In this document: positions 47,528 to 56,974 of the stretch, one piece after another
Layout: each line of letters begins with the position of its first letter
Position numbering within the stretch: the stretch's first letter is position 1
From: Spirochaetaceae bacterium
GTDB lineage: Bacteria; Spirochaetota; Leptospiria; Leptospirales; Leptonemataceae
Assembly: GCA_002730875.1 (NCBI GenBank)
Contig: PCBI01000005.1
Location: 901,191-965,190, forward strand
Direction: 5' to 3'
Length of the DNA: 64,000 nt
Translations under genes and position numbers: made by a program
The notes under the pieces: generated by a model
What the model saw: only the letters and a program-made list of their open reading frames with translations
Told to the model about the DNA's origin: nothing
Database searches by the model: none

Positions 47528-48661
47528 TCAGTTTTTTTCTGGATAGAAGCAGGCCACCAGTCGCGAGCCGCTCCGGGGACCGCCCCCTGAATCCGGCTGC
47601 TCGGCGGAGGTCAGGGAATCGGATCGGACCGAACCTGGAATCTCGGATCTCAGCGAACCCGCAAAATCCGATCCAGGCACATCAGCAGAAGTCATGGACG
47701 ATGTCGAATCCATGGACGGAGACGATGCTGAATCCATGGAGTCCAAAGTCTCCAGAGGCGGGATTCTCTGAGAGCAATCCTCTTTTGCCCGGGGACACCG
47801 TGGATGAAAGACGCAGCCCGAGGGCAGATTGGAAGGAGAGGGAACCTCGCCGCCCAGAAGTTTCGGTCGACGGTCCGGGTGGAGGGATGGAATTGCCTCC
47901 ATTAGAGCCCTCGTATACGGATGGGCCGGATTACGGAATAGATCCTCTGTTCGGGCAACTTCCATAACTCGTCCGCCATACATTACGCAAACCCGGTCGC
48001 TCATGTTTCGCACAAGACTTAAATCGTGGGTGATGAAGACCAGGCTCAGCTTCAGTTCCGCCTTTAGTTTTAGCAAGAGCTGAATGATCTGCGCCTGCAC
48101 CGAAACATCCAGGGCACTGGTAACCTCATCGCATACAATCAGTCGGGGTCGCAGACCGACCGCCCGCGCAATTCCGATTCGCTGGCGCTGCCCGCCGGAA
48201 AAGGCATGGGGAAAACGGTCCATGGCGCTTGCCGGGAGGCCTACCAGGTCCAGCAACTCCGTCACTTTCTGTCGGGCGTTGCTGCGATCGCAAAGCCCAT
48301 GGATTCGCATGGGCTCGCTCAGAATCTCAAAGATCGTATGCCGGGGATTCAGCGAAGAATAGGGATCCTGAAAGATAATCTGAAAATCGCTGCGAAATGG
48401 TTTCCAGGAACTCGCCTTGCGAATGTCGATCTCCTGGCCTTCCAGAAATAATCGTCCGGAAGTGGGAAGAGTGAGCCCCAGGATGCTGTTTCCCAGGGTG
48501 CTCTTGCCGCAGCCGGATTCGCCTACAACGGCCAGGACCTCGCCTTCTTCCACGGAAAGGGTCACTCCATCCACAGCTTTCGTCCAGCCCACGGTCTTGC
48601 GAAACAATCCACCGGTAATGGGAAAATGGGTACGGAGATCTTCTACTTTCAGGAGGCTCAT
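47528..48661 (-). CDS. oppF: Peptide ABC transporter ATP-binding protein (OppF/DppF-type) with Ser-rich C-terminal extension
   Basis: Walker A 'GESGCGKST', signature 'FSGGQRQRIGIARA', Walker B 'LIVCDE'; C-terminal oligopeptide-type Cys/His region; ~60-aa S/D-rich tail. Confidence 0.85.
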   Translation of the reverse strand: MSLLKVEDLRTHFPITGGLFRKTVGWTKAVDGVTLSVEEGEVLAVVGESGCGKSTLGNSILGLTLPTSGRLFLEGQEIDIRKASSWKPFRSDFQIIFQDPYSSLNPRHTIFEILSEPMRIHGLCDRSNARQKVTELLDLVGLPASAMDRFPHAFSGGQRQRIGIARAVGLRPRLIVCDEVTSALDVSVQAQIIQLLLKLKAELKLSLVFITHDLSLVRNMSDRVCVMYGGRVMEVARTEDLFRNPAHPYTRALMEAIPSLHPDRRPKLLGGEVPSPSNLPSGCVFHPRCPRAKEDCSQRIPPLETLDSMDSASSPSMDSTSSMTSADVPGSDFAGSLRSEIPGSVRSDSLTSAEQPDSGGGPRSGSRLVACFYPEKN

Positions 48662-49611
48662 ACCCGGGCCTCCTCATACAAAAAACAACAGACCTTCTGA
48701 TTGGGTTCCGGTTCGAATTCGGGCACCGTCTGGGAGCAGGGCGCAAAGGCTTGCTTGCACCGAGGACGAAAGCGGCAACCTTCCGGAAAATCTCCGGCGG
48801 ACGGTACCTGGCCGGGGATAGGATGCAGTTCTTTTCGCTCGTCTACATCGGGCAATGCGCTCATCAGGCCCTGACTGTAGGGATGATACGGTTGTCGTAA
48901 AAAGTCGGCTACATTCCTTTGTTCAATCATATGGCCGGCATACATAACGCCTACGCGATCGGCATACTGAGCGATGAGGCCAATGTTATGCGTGATGAGC
49001 AATACAGCGCATCCTTCCTCTTTTTGTAGTTCTACCAGAAGCTCCATGATCTGGGCCTGCACGGTAACGTCCAGGGCAGTCGTGGGTTCGTCTGCGATAA
49101 TCAAAGACGGGTGCAGGAGCAAGGCCAGAGCAATAACCACTCGCTGAAGCATTCCACCGGATAGCTGATGAGGATAAGATGAAAGAATTCTCTCCGGATC
49201 CGAAAACCCAACGCGACGAAGAACCTGATCCATACGTTCTTCTGGATCTCCATTGAACTCATGAAATTCGAAGAGTTCGGCCAGTTGCTTGCGAATGCTC
49301 AGCAATGGATTGAGCGCGCTGGTAGGTTCCTGGAAAATCATGCTGATTTCGGAACCCCGAATTTGACGCAGTCTTTCGGGCTTCAACGAATGGATGTCTT
49401 CTCCTTTGAAGAAGATGCGACCCTGCAGGAGTTTTCCGCCGGGCTCCGGAAGCATGCCCAGACAGGAGAGCGCAGTGATCGTCTTTCCGCAACCGGACTC
49501 GCCGACGATTCCGTAGATCTGACCCGGCTCAATGGAGAAGCTCACGTTTTCGGTAATACCCGTGGAGCCAATTCCAATGGACAAGTTTTGGACTTCCAGC
49601 ACCGGCTCCAT
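48658..49611 (-). CDS. oppD: Peptide ABC transporter ATP-binding protein (OppD/DppD-type)
   Basis: 'GESGCGKT', 'LSGGMLQRVVIALAL', 'IIADEPTTALD'; ATGA overlap with oppF. Confidence 0.85.
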   Translation of the reverse strand: MEPVLEVQNLSIGIGSTGITENVSFSIEPGQIYGIVGESGCGKTITALSCLGMLPEPGGKLLQGRIFFKGEDIHSLKPERLRQIRGSEISMIFQEPTSALNPLLSIRKQLAELFEFHEFNGDPEERMDQVLRRVGFSDPERILSSYPHQLSGGMLQRVVIALALLLHPSLIIADEPTTALDVTVQAQIMELLVELQKEEGCAVLLITHNIGLIAQYADRVGVMYAGHMIEQRNVADFLRQPYHPYSQGLMSALPDVDERKELHPIPGQVPSAGDFPEGCRFRPRCKQAFAPCSQTVPEFEPEPNQKVCCFLYEEARV

Positions 49612-50027
49612 CAGTTCAGCTCTTTGTAGTACTTATATAGCTCTTCGAGAAGAAACTCGCACACGTACCTATCCCGAATGTTTGGCTCTTTTTGATCCAG
49701 CAGAATTTCTTTTAGACGAAGCAGCTTGTAATTCATCATTTTTTGCTTCGTGGTCTTGTCTTGTGTCTTACTATGAAGCACATACATCGTCAATGTGCCC
49801 GGATCGGAGGTGAGGATTTTGGCTTTCGCATGCACCTCCAGAAATCTGCGTAATTTCTCCAGCAGATCCTCTCTATGCATTGCTTCCACGGGCCCAATAT
49901 GGCCGCACCCATCAGGATTCAAAGTACTTTCCAGAGCTGACTGGCTGCCATTTAAGCTGATGCAGCCAGATATGTCTGAGCAGTCATTTACGACTGCCCG
50001 GCCACTTGCGATTGTCTGGCCATTCAC
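49611..50027 (-). CDS. Small hypothetical protein in a low-GC islet, translationally bridging PP2C paralog and oppD
   Basis: ORF overlaps the PP2C stop (50024-50027) and the oppD start (49611); the segment is visibly AT-richer than its surroundings; true start may be internal (MHREDL). Confidence 0.3.
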   Translation of the reverse strand: MNGQTIASGRAVVNDCSDISGCISLNGSQSALESTLNPDGCGHIGPVEAMHREDLLEKLRRFLEVHAKAKILTSDPGTLTMYVLHSKTQDKTTKQKMMNYKLLRLKEILLDQKEPNIRDRYVCEFLLEELYKYYKELN

Positions 50028-52699
50028 GCCTGGGCGGCCGAGCGAATCAAATCTGACAGCTTTTTAGCCGAAGGGTTTTCCGGCTCCAGGTCCAGGGCCT
50101 TTTCCGCAAGCTCCCGGGCCCGATCCAGATTCCCTGTAACACGATAGCTATCCGCCAGATTGATCAAGTTGGCAATCCTACCCGGTTGAGCTGAGGCCAC
50201 CCTTTCGCCGGTTTGAATGGCCATGTCATGCTGACGCAGATGTTTGTAGCATACGGAAAGCGAAAAGAAAGCGTCGCTGTTATCCGGCTCCAATTCCGCA
50301 AGCTGGCTTAAAGGCTGCACGGCCTCCTGATATCGGTTTTCCATCATCAGGATTCGTCCTTTGAGGCGTAGAGCATTTCCGTGATCGGGATCGATCTCCA
50401 GAAGCTGATCCAGTTTTCTCAGCGCGCCGCTTACATCATTTCCCTGCTGGCCTTCCCGGGCCATACGCAGAAGACTGTCGATATCGCCTATCTTCGATCC
50501 AGAGCCAGTTTCTTGAAAGCCCACTCGCAGGAGGCTCAAATCGTCGGTAACAGTGCCCGTGGCATGGATTCGATCTACAATGGCCAGCAGATCCCCGTCG
50601 GCCTCTTCTACGTACTTCAAAAACAGGGTCTCGTCTTCATTGATGGTGCGAACATCGGCGCCGCCGCTAAGATCCAGGTCGTCCCGTCCGTCGGAGCCGG
50701 CAAAGAGTACGTCCCCGGGTTCCAGCTGGAAACGCTGGACCTGAAACTTGAACTCGGAGGGGGATCCCAGCTTTCGGAGCATCAACTCCTGTTCGATGAA
50801 TGTTGCCTGTCCCTTTCGGTATAGCACCGTCCACGGATGCTCGGCGTTGAAATAGGTCATCATGCCGGTTTCCTCATCGATAACGCCCACAACTGCCGAA
50901 AGCATCATAAGACCGTCAAAGGCCAGAAACAGGTTATGCAATTCTTCATAGGTTTCGGTTAGCCATTCTTCGGGACTAACATTCAAAACTCGGTCATCGC
51001 CAGCGGACCGGGCCAGTATGTTGTTCATCGCCGTTCCCATTACGATGGCGCCGCCGGCTCCCTGCATGGATTTGCCCATGGCATCGCCGTTCATGAATAC
51101 GGTGTGTCGCCGAGCTTGCGGCCCAAGACGCAGGTTTCCGGTAACGCATATATCGCCGCCCAGGTCCGCGGACCGTTCTTTGAAGACAAACTTCTTCTTT
51201 TGCTCCACGTAGAACTCGGTGTTGATTCGATCCGATTTGTTTCGATTGGTCTGCAGCGGTCGTCCAATCAGATAAGTCAGGTAATAGTCTCCGTCCTGCT
51301 GGACTTTCATCTCATGGATCTGCTGCATCTTTTCGGTAACTTCTTTGGTGCGCTCATCGACCTTGAGTTCCAGGTTTTCGGCGTAGTCCTGGAGTTTCTG
51401 TCGGGCGTCCAGAATACTCTTTACCATGTTGTTGAAAGCCCGGGATAGATAGCCGATTTCATCCTCCACCATCACGGGGATCTTGACTTCGAAGTCTCCT
51501 TCTTCTACCTGGCCCACGCCGTCCAGAAGCGAATGCAGCGGTTTTACCAGGCTTCGCGAAAAGAAAATGGGGTAGAGGATCAGAACGCTGAGAACCAGAG
51601 CAAGAGTCAGGATTGCCGTTCCGATCATGGAATCATGGATGAACTGCCTGTATTCTTGATAGCGGTAGCCTACTTCGATGACATCTCCTTGATTTTCGCC
51701 TGCAGGCGGCACGTGGTAGGCTACGTACAGATCGTCTGAGTGCGGTTCCATCTGGCGAAAATGGCGCGCCATAAAGTCCGTGCGTTCGCTTCGCTTTACG
51801 AGCTTTCCCTGGTCCAGGGATTCCAGCGGTTTTGCATATGCCACCGGACTTACCGGTTCCTGGCCGGTTACAACATAGCTCTGGGCCTGGAGGCCATGGA
51901 TACGGTCATAGCTGCGATGAGTCTGCTGTCCGGAGAAAGCGGAAAGGGCCTGGATTGCCAGGAGTAGCGTAACCAGCGAAATCCCCACAATCTTGGTCAT
52001 GAAGCTGGTTCGCTCTACAGTGTTGTTTATGAATACAAGAACAATGGCCGTGTAGCCCAGAAGACTGGTGAGTACATATCCCTGTTGAAAAGTTGAATGG
52101 CTGATGCGGCCGCCGTTGTAGAGAACATTAACGATACCGGGAAGTAGCGTTGGAATGAGCATGGCCACTACCAATTGCCGGGCCGCCCGACGTTCCTTCC
52201 GCTCCATTTTGAAGCTTCGATACGTCAGGACCACCGTGAACCAGAGAATCATCAGAATCATGCCCCGGGCCACCCATGCTCCCATCTCCTGCGGATAATT
52301 GAAAAGTTCGCCCTGGAAGTCAAAGTCCGGACGAGTTTGCAATGCATTAAAATAGAAATGAACTACGAGCGCCAGGCCGAGTGTCAGGCTGGTCCAGAAG
52401 GCTATCCGCGAAGCGCGCGTCTTCTTATTCTCCGGGAAGTGATGAGCAAACTGAATCATGTAGACCAGAGGAATGAAGACAACACCCACCGTTATGAATC
52501 GATGATCGCCGCCCAGCGGTCCAATTACCAGGGCTGACCAGAGATAGCCTACATTGAGGCCAACGGCTCCAAAGAAGAATAGAGTCATGTCCCGGGTATA
52601 TAGCTGTTTCTCTTTCAGTGAAATCAGATACAGCAGAAGTACCAGAGTGTAGAGAGTGCAAACCAGGGTAGCAATTCCCCATTCATTGAAGTAGAGCAT
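50024..52699 (-). CDS. 7TMR-DISM 7-TM receptor / HAMP / PP2C (SpoIIE-type) phosphatase with TPR C-terminus (paralog of 18494..21265)
   Basis: Same architecture; linker and PP2C regions ~60% identical by eye ('PVMVEDEIGYLSRAFNNMVKSILDARQKLQDYAENLE' vs 'PVQVEDEIGFLARSFNSMVRSVQDARQRLQQYAENLE'); 'NGDAMGKSMQGAGG'. Confidence 0.85.
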   Translation of the reverse strand: MLYFNEWGIATLVCTLYTLVLLLYLISLKEKQLYTRDMTLFFFGAVGLNVGYLWSALVIGPLGGDHRFITVGVVFIPLVYMIQFAHHFPENKKTRASRIAFWTSLTLGLALVVHFYFNALQTRPDFDFQGELFNYPQEMGAWVARGMILMILWFTVVLTYRSFKMERKERRAARQLVVAMLIPTLLPGIVNVLYNGGRISHSTFQQGYVLTSLLGYTAIVLVFINNTVERTSFMTKIVGISLVTLLLAIQALSAFSGQQTHRSYDRIHGLQAQSYVVTGQEPVSPVAYAKPLESLDQGKLVKRSERTDFMARHFRQMEPHSDDLYVAYHVPPAGENQGDVIEVGYRYQEYRQFIHDSMIGTAILTLALVLSVLILYPIFFSRSLVKPLHSLLDGVGQVEEGDFEVKIPVMVEDEIGYLSRAFNNMVKSILDARQKLQDYAENLELKVDERTKEVTEKMQQIHEMKVQQDGDYYLTYLIGRPLQTNRNKSDRINTEFYVEQKKKFVFKERSADLGGDICVTGNLRLGPQARRHTVFMNGDAMGKSMQGAGGAIVMGTAMNNILARSAGDDRVLNVSPEEWLTETYEELHNLFLAFDGLMMLSAVVGVIDEETGMMTYFNAEHPWTVLYRKGQATFIEQELMLRKLGSPSEFKFQVQRFQLEPGDVLFAGSDGRDDLDLSGGADVRTINEDETLFLKYVEEADGDLLAIVDRIHATGTVTDDLSLLRVGFQETGSGSKIGDIDSLLRMAREGQQGNDVSGALRKLDQLLEIDPDHGNALRLKGRILMMENRYQEAVQPLSQLAELEPDNSDAFFSLSVCYKHLRQHDMAIQTGERVASAQPGRIANLINLADSYRVTGNLDRARELAEKALDLEPENPSAKKLSDLIRSAAQA

Positions 52700-53324
52700 C
52701 GGAGGCGAAATCTAACCTCGATTAAATCTCAGACAATCGGTTTTCCAGTCCCTGAATGAAAAAATGTGTCTGACTGCTTGCGGTCAAAGTTACGGTGCGT
52801 CGCATTATCTCTGGCGATTCTCAAGCTGTGGCATCCTGTCTGTTACGGCGCCGATTTTTGAAGAGAGGCGCAATAGGTGTCAGCTCTGTTACGGAGAACT
52901 CGGGTAGCCGGGAACCATTCGGCAAATAAAGGGCCCTCGGATTCCTGCACACGGAAGTAAAAAACGAAATCAAGCGTACCTTTTTTGATTTTGGACTTGA
53001 CCGGTTGCGGTAATTTCCGATCTTAAAATAGTGAGTGACGCGTCCCAAATTCAGAGCGTTTTCTCCGGTTCCCTGGTAACCGTGGCAGCTCTAGTTGCGT
53101 CCTCACTACTTCTAGCTTCCTCTCTGCTAGCCGGGCTTCGCCTGGCATAAGTATAACATATTACCGTACCCGTATTCTCCGTCGCCAGATTTACGGACCT
53201 CTTGCGCCCAATGGTCGCATGCATGGGGAATTGAGCGTTTGCAGTTCAGCTTCCGGGTCTTGTGAAGGTTCCGACGGAACGGTCGCTTCAAAAACGGCGA
53301 CCTGAGTCTAATTGAGAGGACATT

Positions 53325-54677
53325 ATGAAAAACAACGAAATCCATCCCGGTTCAAAATACCGACCAGTTGTGCCAGTGGAGCTTCCGGACCGAACGTGGC
53401 CATCGAAGCGAATCGAAGCCGCGCCCCGATTCTGTAGCGTAGATTTGCGCGATGGAAACCAGGCTCTTGTAATTCCCATGGAACCGGAAAAGAAGGCCCG
53501 GATGTTTCGGACGCTGGTCGGCATGGGCTTTAAAGAGATCGAGGCCGGTTTTCCATCGGCATCGGCGCCGGACTTTAATTTTCTGCGATGGCTGGCTACA
53601 TCGGGAGCGGTACCGGAAGATACGTATATCCAGGTATTGAGTCAGGCGCGACAGCATCTAATCGAAAGAAGTTTCGAGTCTATAAGAGGACTGGATAAGG
53701 TAATCTTTCATGTGTACAACAGCACTTCGCCGGCGCAGAGGGAGTACGTATTTCAGAAATCCAGAGAGGAAGTGATTCAAGTCGCGGTGGATGCCGTGCG
53801 TCAGATCAAGACTCTGGCCCGGTCCTTTCCTGGCGAATTTGTTCTGGAGTATTCGCCGGAAAGCTATTCGGCCACCGAGCCGGACTTTGCACTGGAAATT
53901 TGCCACGCAGTAATGGAAGAGTGGGCGCCGTTCGAACCAGGATCTTTGATCTTAAACTTACCATCGACCGTGGAAGTCACCACACCCAACTTGTTCGCCG
54001 ACCAAATTGAATGGTTCTGTCGTAACCTCAACAATCGCAAGGATGTCGTAATCAGCGTCCATCCGCACAATGACCGTGGCACTGCAGTGGCCGCGGCGGA
54101 GATGTCTCTTCTGGCCGGAGCCGATCGATTGGAAGGGACGCTCTTTGGTAACGGCGAAAGAACCGGAAACGTGGATCTGGTGACTGTGGGTCTCAATATG
54201 TTGAGCCAGGGAGTGGATCCGGGCATTGACTTTTCCCACCTTCCGGAAATCAGGCAGGTATACGAGCAAACCACGGGAATGACGGTTCCGCCCAGGCAAC
54301 CCTATGCCGGTGAACTTGTATTTACTGCCTTTTCGGGTTCGCATCAGGATGCCATTCGAAAGTCCCTGAATGCGCGAAAGAAGCGAGGCGATTCGGGGGC
54401 CTGGGATATCCCTTATTTGCCGGTAGACCCCGCCGACATCGGCCGGAGATACGAAAAGTACATTCGAATTAATAGCCAGTCCGGGAAGGGCGGCGTTGCC
54501 TATGTGCTCGAAGATCAGGGTTTGGATCTGAGTTCTATACCAGTACGAGACTTGATGGATTTCGCATCCCTGGTTCAAGCCGAGGCTGAAAAGAAAGGCA
54601 CCGAACTCAGTAGCCTGGAGATTCTGGAGCTCTGGTCCCGGAAGTCATCGAACGCCACAACAGCGGGCCCCGTCTAG
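53325..54677 (+). CDS. leuA: Long-form (LeuA type 2, actinobacterial-like) 2-isopropylmalate synthase homolog lacking the C-terminal regulatory domain
   Basis: 'KYRPVVPVELPDRTWPSKRIEAAPRFCSVDLRDGNQALVIPMEP' closely parallels the M. tuberculosis LeuA N-terminus; HMGL-like barrel with 'HPHNDRGTAVAA'; ends at 450 aa. Confidence 0.75.
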   Translation: MKNNEIHPGSKYRPVVPVELPDRTWPSKRIEAAPRFCSVDLRDGNQALVIPMEPEKKARMFRTLVGMGFKEIEAGFPSASAPDFNFLRWLATSGAVPEDTYIQVLSQARQHLIERSFESIRGLDKVIFHVYNSTSPAQREYVFQKSREEVIQVAVDAVRQIKTLARSFPGEFVLEYSPESYSATEPDFALEICHAVMEEWAPFEPGSLILNLPSTVEVTTPNLFADQIEWFCRNLNNRKDVVISVHPHNDRGTAVAAAEMSLLAGADRLEGTLFGNGERTGNVDLVTVGLNMLSQGVDPGIDFSHLPEIRQVYEQTTGMTVPPRQPYAGELVFTAFSGSHQDAIRKSLNARKKRGDSGAWDIPYLPVDPADIGRRYEKYIRINSQSGKGGVAYVLEDQGLDLSSIPVRDLMDFASLVQAEAEKKGTELSSLEILELWSRKSSNATTAGPV

Positions 54678-54786
54678 GCCCGTCGTTGGCTGCAGCCCTG
54701 GCACTCGCTTCGGGCTACGATAGGCCTGGAACGTAGAGGTCAGTGCGGCGGAACCTGCCAGACGGAGGGCGAACCTTGGCCACAGG

Positions 54787-54828
54787 CCACGGAGCTTAGC
54801 CATACGGCCACGGAGCTTAGCCATACGG
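54787..54828. repeat. Perfect 21-bp tandem duplication (CCACGGAGCTTAGCCATACGG x 2)
   Basis: Read directly in the convergent leuA/oppC intergenic region. Confidence 0.9.
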
Positions 54829-54849
54829 CGGTCAGCGCGGCGCCAGAGC

Positions 54850-55881
54850 TCAGGGATCATGATCCTGATATTTAGGATCAAACGCTTCGCGCGCCCCTTC
54901 GCCTATGAAGGTGGCCATGAGCAGAGTAAAAAACAGCGCCAGAACGGTGCTAATGGCAATCCAGGGAAAATCCAGATTGTCCAATCCCTGCTGGAGTAAT
55001 TCGCCCCAGGATGGAGTGGGAGGAGGCAGGCCAAAACCCAGGAAATCCAGCGCTGTGAGCGAACTAATGCCTGCGATCAAAGTGAACGGCAGAATTGTAA
55101 TCAATGGAGTCAGCGCATTGGGAAGGATCTGGCCCATAAAAATGCGAACCGAGCCCAGGCCGCTGGCCCGGGCGGCCTGCACATAGGTTTGACCGCGAAG
55201 CTTGAAGAATTCTCCGCGCATATAGTAAGAAAGGCCCACCCAGCTAAAGAGTGACATGACCACAAGGAGCATCCAGAAGTTCTGGCCGTAGATTGAGCCC
55301 AGCAGAATGACCACGTACAGAAAGGGCAGGGCGGACCAGACTTCTATGATTCGCTGCATGACGATATCGGTGCGTCCTCCCAGGTAACCCTGGATGCCGC
55401 CGATGATTACTCCGAGAAGACCGCTAAGAACGGTGAGACTCAGCGCAAATAGCATACAGATGCGAAAGCCGTAGAGCAGACGGGCAAACACATCCCGGCC
55501 AAGGCTGTCGGTGCCCAGCCAGTGTCGTAAGGAAGGCGGATGCGGCGGGGGGTCCTGGTCGGCCAGGTCGGCCTCCAGGGGATTGAATGGCACCGGCGGA
55601 AAGACGGCCCATCCCCTTTCTTCGAAGTCTGCGGTTTGTCTTAGAGCGCGGTAGTCGGCTTCGGTTCCGTACTGCTGGCCCAGTTCCTTGCCCGAGTAAA
55701 AGAACAGAAGCGGAAAGTAGGTACTTCCGTCGTAGCCCATGACAATGGGTCGGTTCTCGGCGATGCATTCACTGAACAGAGATAGGCCAAAGAGCGAACT
55801 CAGCAAGATAAGCGAAAAGTAGGCCCGCCGGATGCTGCGAAATCGTCGCCATCGCTCTATTGTCAGATCCGAGAATCTCAC
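54850..55881 (-). CDS. oppC: Peptide ABC transporter permease (OppC/DppC-type)
   Basis: 'HWLGTDSLGRDVFARLLYG' and the EAA-loop region; 6 TM. Confidence 0.85.
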   Translation of the reverse strand: MRFSDLTIERWRRFRSIRRAYFSLILLSSLFGLSLFSECIAENRPIVMGYDGSTYFPLLFFYSGKELGQQYGTEADYRALRQTADFEERGWAVFPPVPFNPLEADLADQDPPPHPPSLRHWLGTDSLGRDVFARLLYGFRICMLFALSLTVLSGLLGVIIGGIQGYLGGRTDIVMQRIIEVWSALPFLYVVILLGSIYGQNFWMLLVVMSLFSWVGLSYYMRGEFFKLRGQTYVQAARASGLGSVRIFMGQILPNALTPLITILPFTLIAGISSLTALDFLGFGLPPPTPSWGELLQQGLDNLDFPWIAISTVLALFFTLLMATFIGEGAREAFDPKYQDHDP

Positions 55882-56891
55882 TGCAGTCGAATCCTGGGAT
55901 CAATATACGTATAGAGCAGATCGGAAAACAGGCGTCCGAACAGAGTTAGGATAGAAGATATCAGAATGATTCCCATGACTACATTGTAGTCCCGGCTCAC
56001 GATGGAGTTCCAGACCAGAAGCCCCATGCCGTCGATATCGAATACCTTTTCGATGAGCAGTGCGCCGGCAAAGACGAGAGTGAAAATCTCGCTCATTCGT
56101 GTGGCAATAGGTATAAGAGCATTTCGCAAGGCATGGCGAAACAGCGCCGTTTTGGGAAGCATGCCTTTCAGGATCGCGGTTCGCATGTAGTCTTTCTTCA
56201 GTTCTTCCAGGATGCCATTCTTCATGAGCATGGTTAAGAAAGCGAATTCGCCTACCATGTAGCAAACCATGGGAAGGATCATATGGTGCAGGAAGTCCAA
56301 CACCTTTGCCCCGGGCGAAAGAAGTTCGAAGTTATCGGATACGACGCCGCGCAATGGAAAAAGGTCCAGAAAGGTACCCCCGGCGAAAAAAATGATCAGC
56401 AAGATACCCAATGCGTAACCGGGAATAACGTATCCAGCGAAAATAACAATTGAGCTGGCCGTGTCAAAAAGGGAGCGATGCTTTCGGGCCTTCCACATAC
56501 CCAGAGGAATGCACACAGCGTAAGAAAGTAGAAAAGACGTTAGGCCGAAGAACAGCGAAATGGGCATTCGCTCCAGGATCACTTCCAGCACCGGCCGATT
56601 ATAGGTGTAAGATTCGCCCAGATCGCCGGTGAGGGCGCTTCCCAGCCAGGTAAAATAGCGTACATAGGCAGGCTGATCAAAGCCGAAGTTTCGCTTGATG
56701 TTTTCGATTTCCGCTTCGGAGATGGCTGCGGCCGGATTGGCGCCCTGGGCGGCGCTGGCTGCCCGAATGTTGGCAATCATCTGCTCCACGGGTCCGCCCG
56801 GCACGAATTGGATCAGCACAAAACAGGCCACGGTGATCCCCAGAATCGTGGGGATCATGTAAAGTAGTCTTCTTAATACGTAGGTCTGCAC
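55878..56891 (-). CDS. oppB: Peptide ABC transporter permease (OppB/DppB/YejB-type)
   Basis: 'MQTYVLRRLLYMIPTILGITVACFVLIQFVPGGP' canonical OppB N-terminus; ATGA overlap with oppC. Confidence 0.85.
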   Translation of the reverse strand: MQTYVLRRLLYMIPTILGITVACFVLIQFVPGGPVEQMIANIRAASAAQGANPAAAISEAEIENIKRNFGFDQPAYVRYFTWLGSALTGDLGESYTYNRPVLEVILERMPISLFFGLTSFLLSYAVCIPLGMWKARKHRSLFDTASSIVIFAGYVIPGYALGILLIIFFAGGTFLDLFPLRGVVSDNFELLSPGAKVLDFLHHMILPMVCYMVGEFAFLTMLMKNGILEELKKDYMRTAILKGMLPKTALFRHALRNALIPIATRMSEIFTLVFAGALLIEKVFDIDGMGLLVWNSIVSRDYNVVMGIILISSILTLFGRLFSDLLYTYIDPRIRLQ

Positions 56892-56974
56892 AGTTCTATG
56901 GGCTTTCGGGAACCAGTATTTCGAACGTTAATCGAACATCATGGAGTGGCATTGCATGCATGAAACCTATGCGA

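Noticed and set aside
53083-53100. Plus-strand sigma-54-like element TGGCAGCTCTAGTTGC upstream of leuA
   Set aside because: The GG-to-GC spacing is off by one relative to the fixed -24/-12 spacing.
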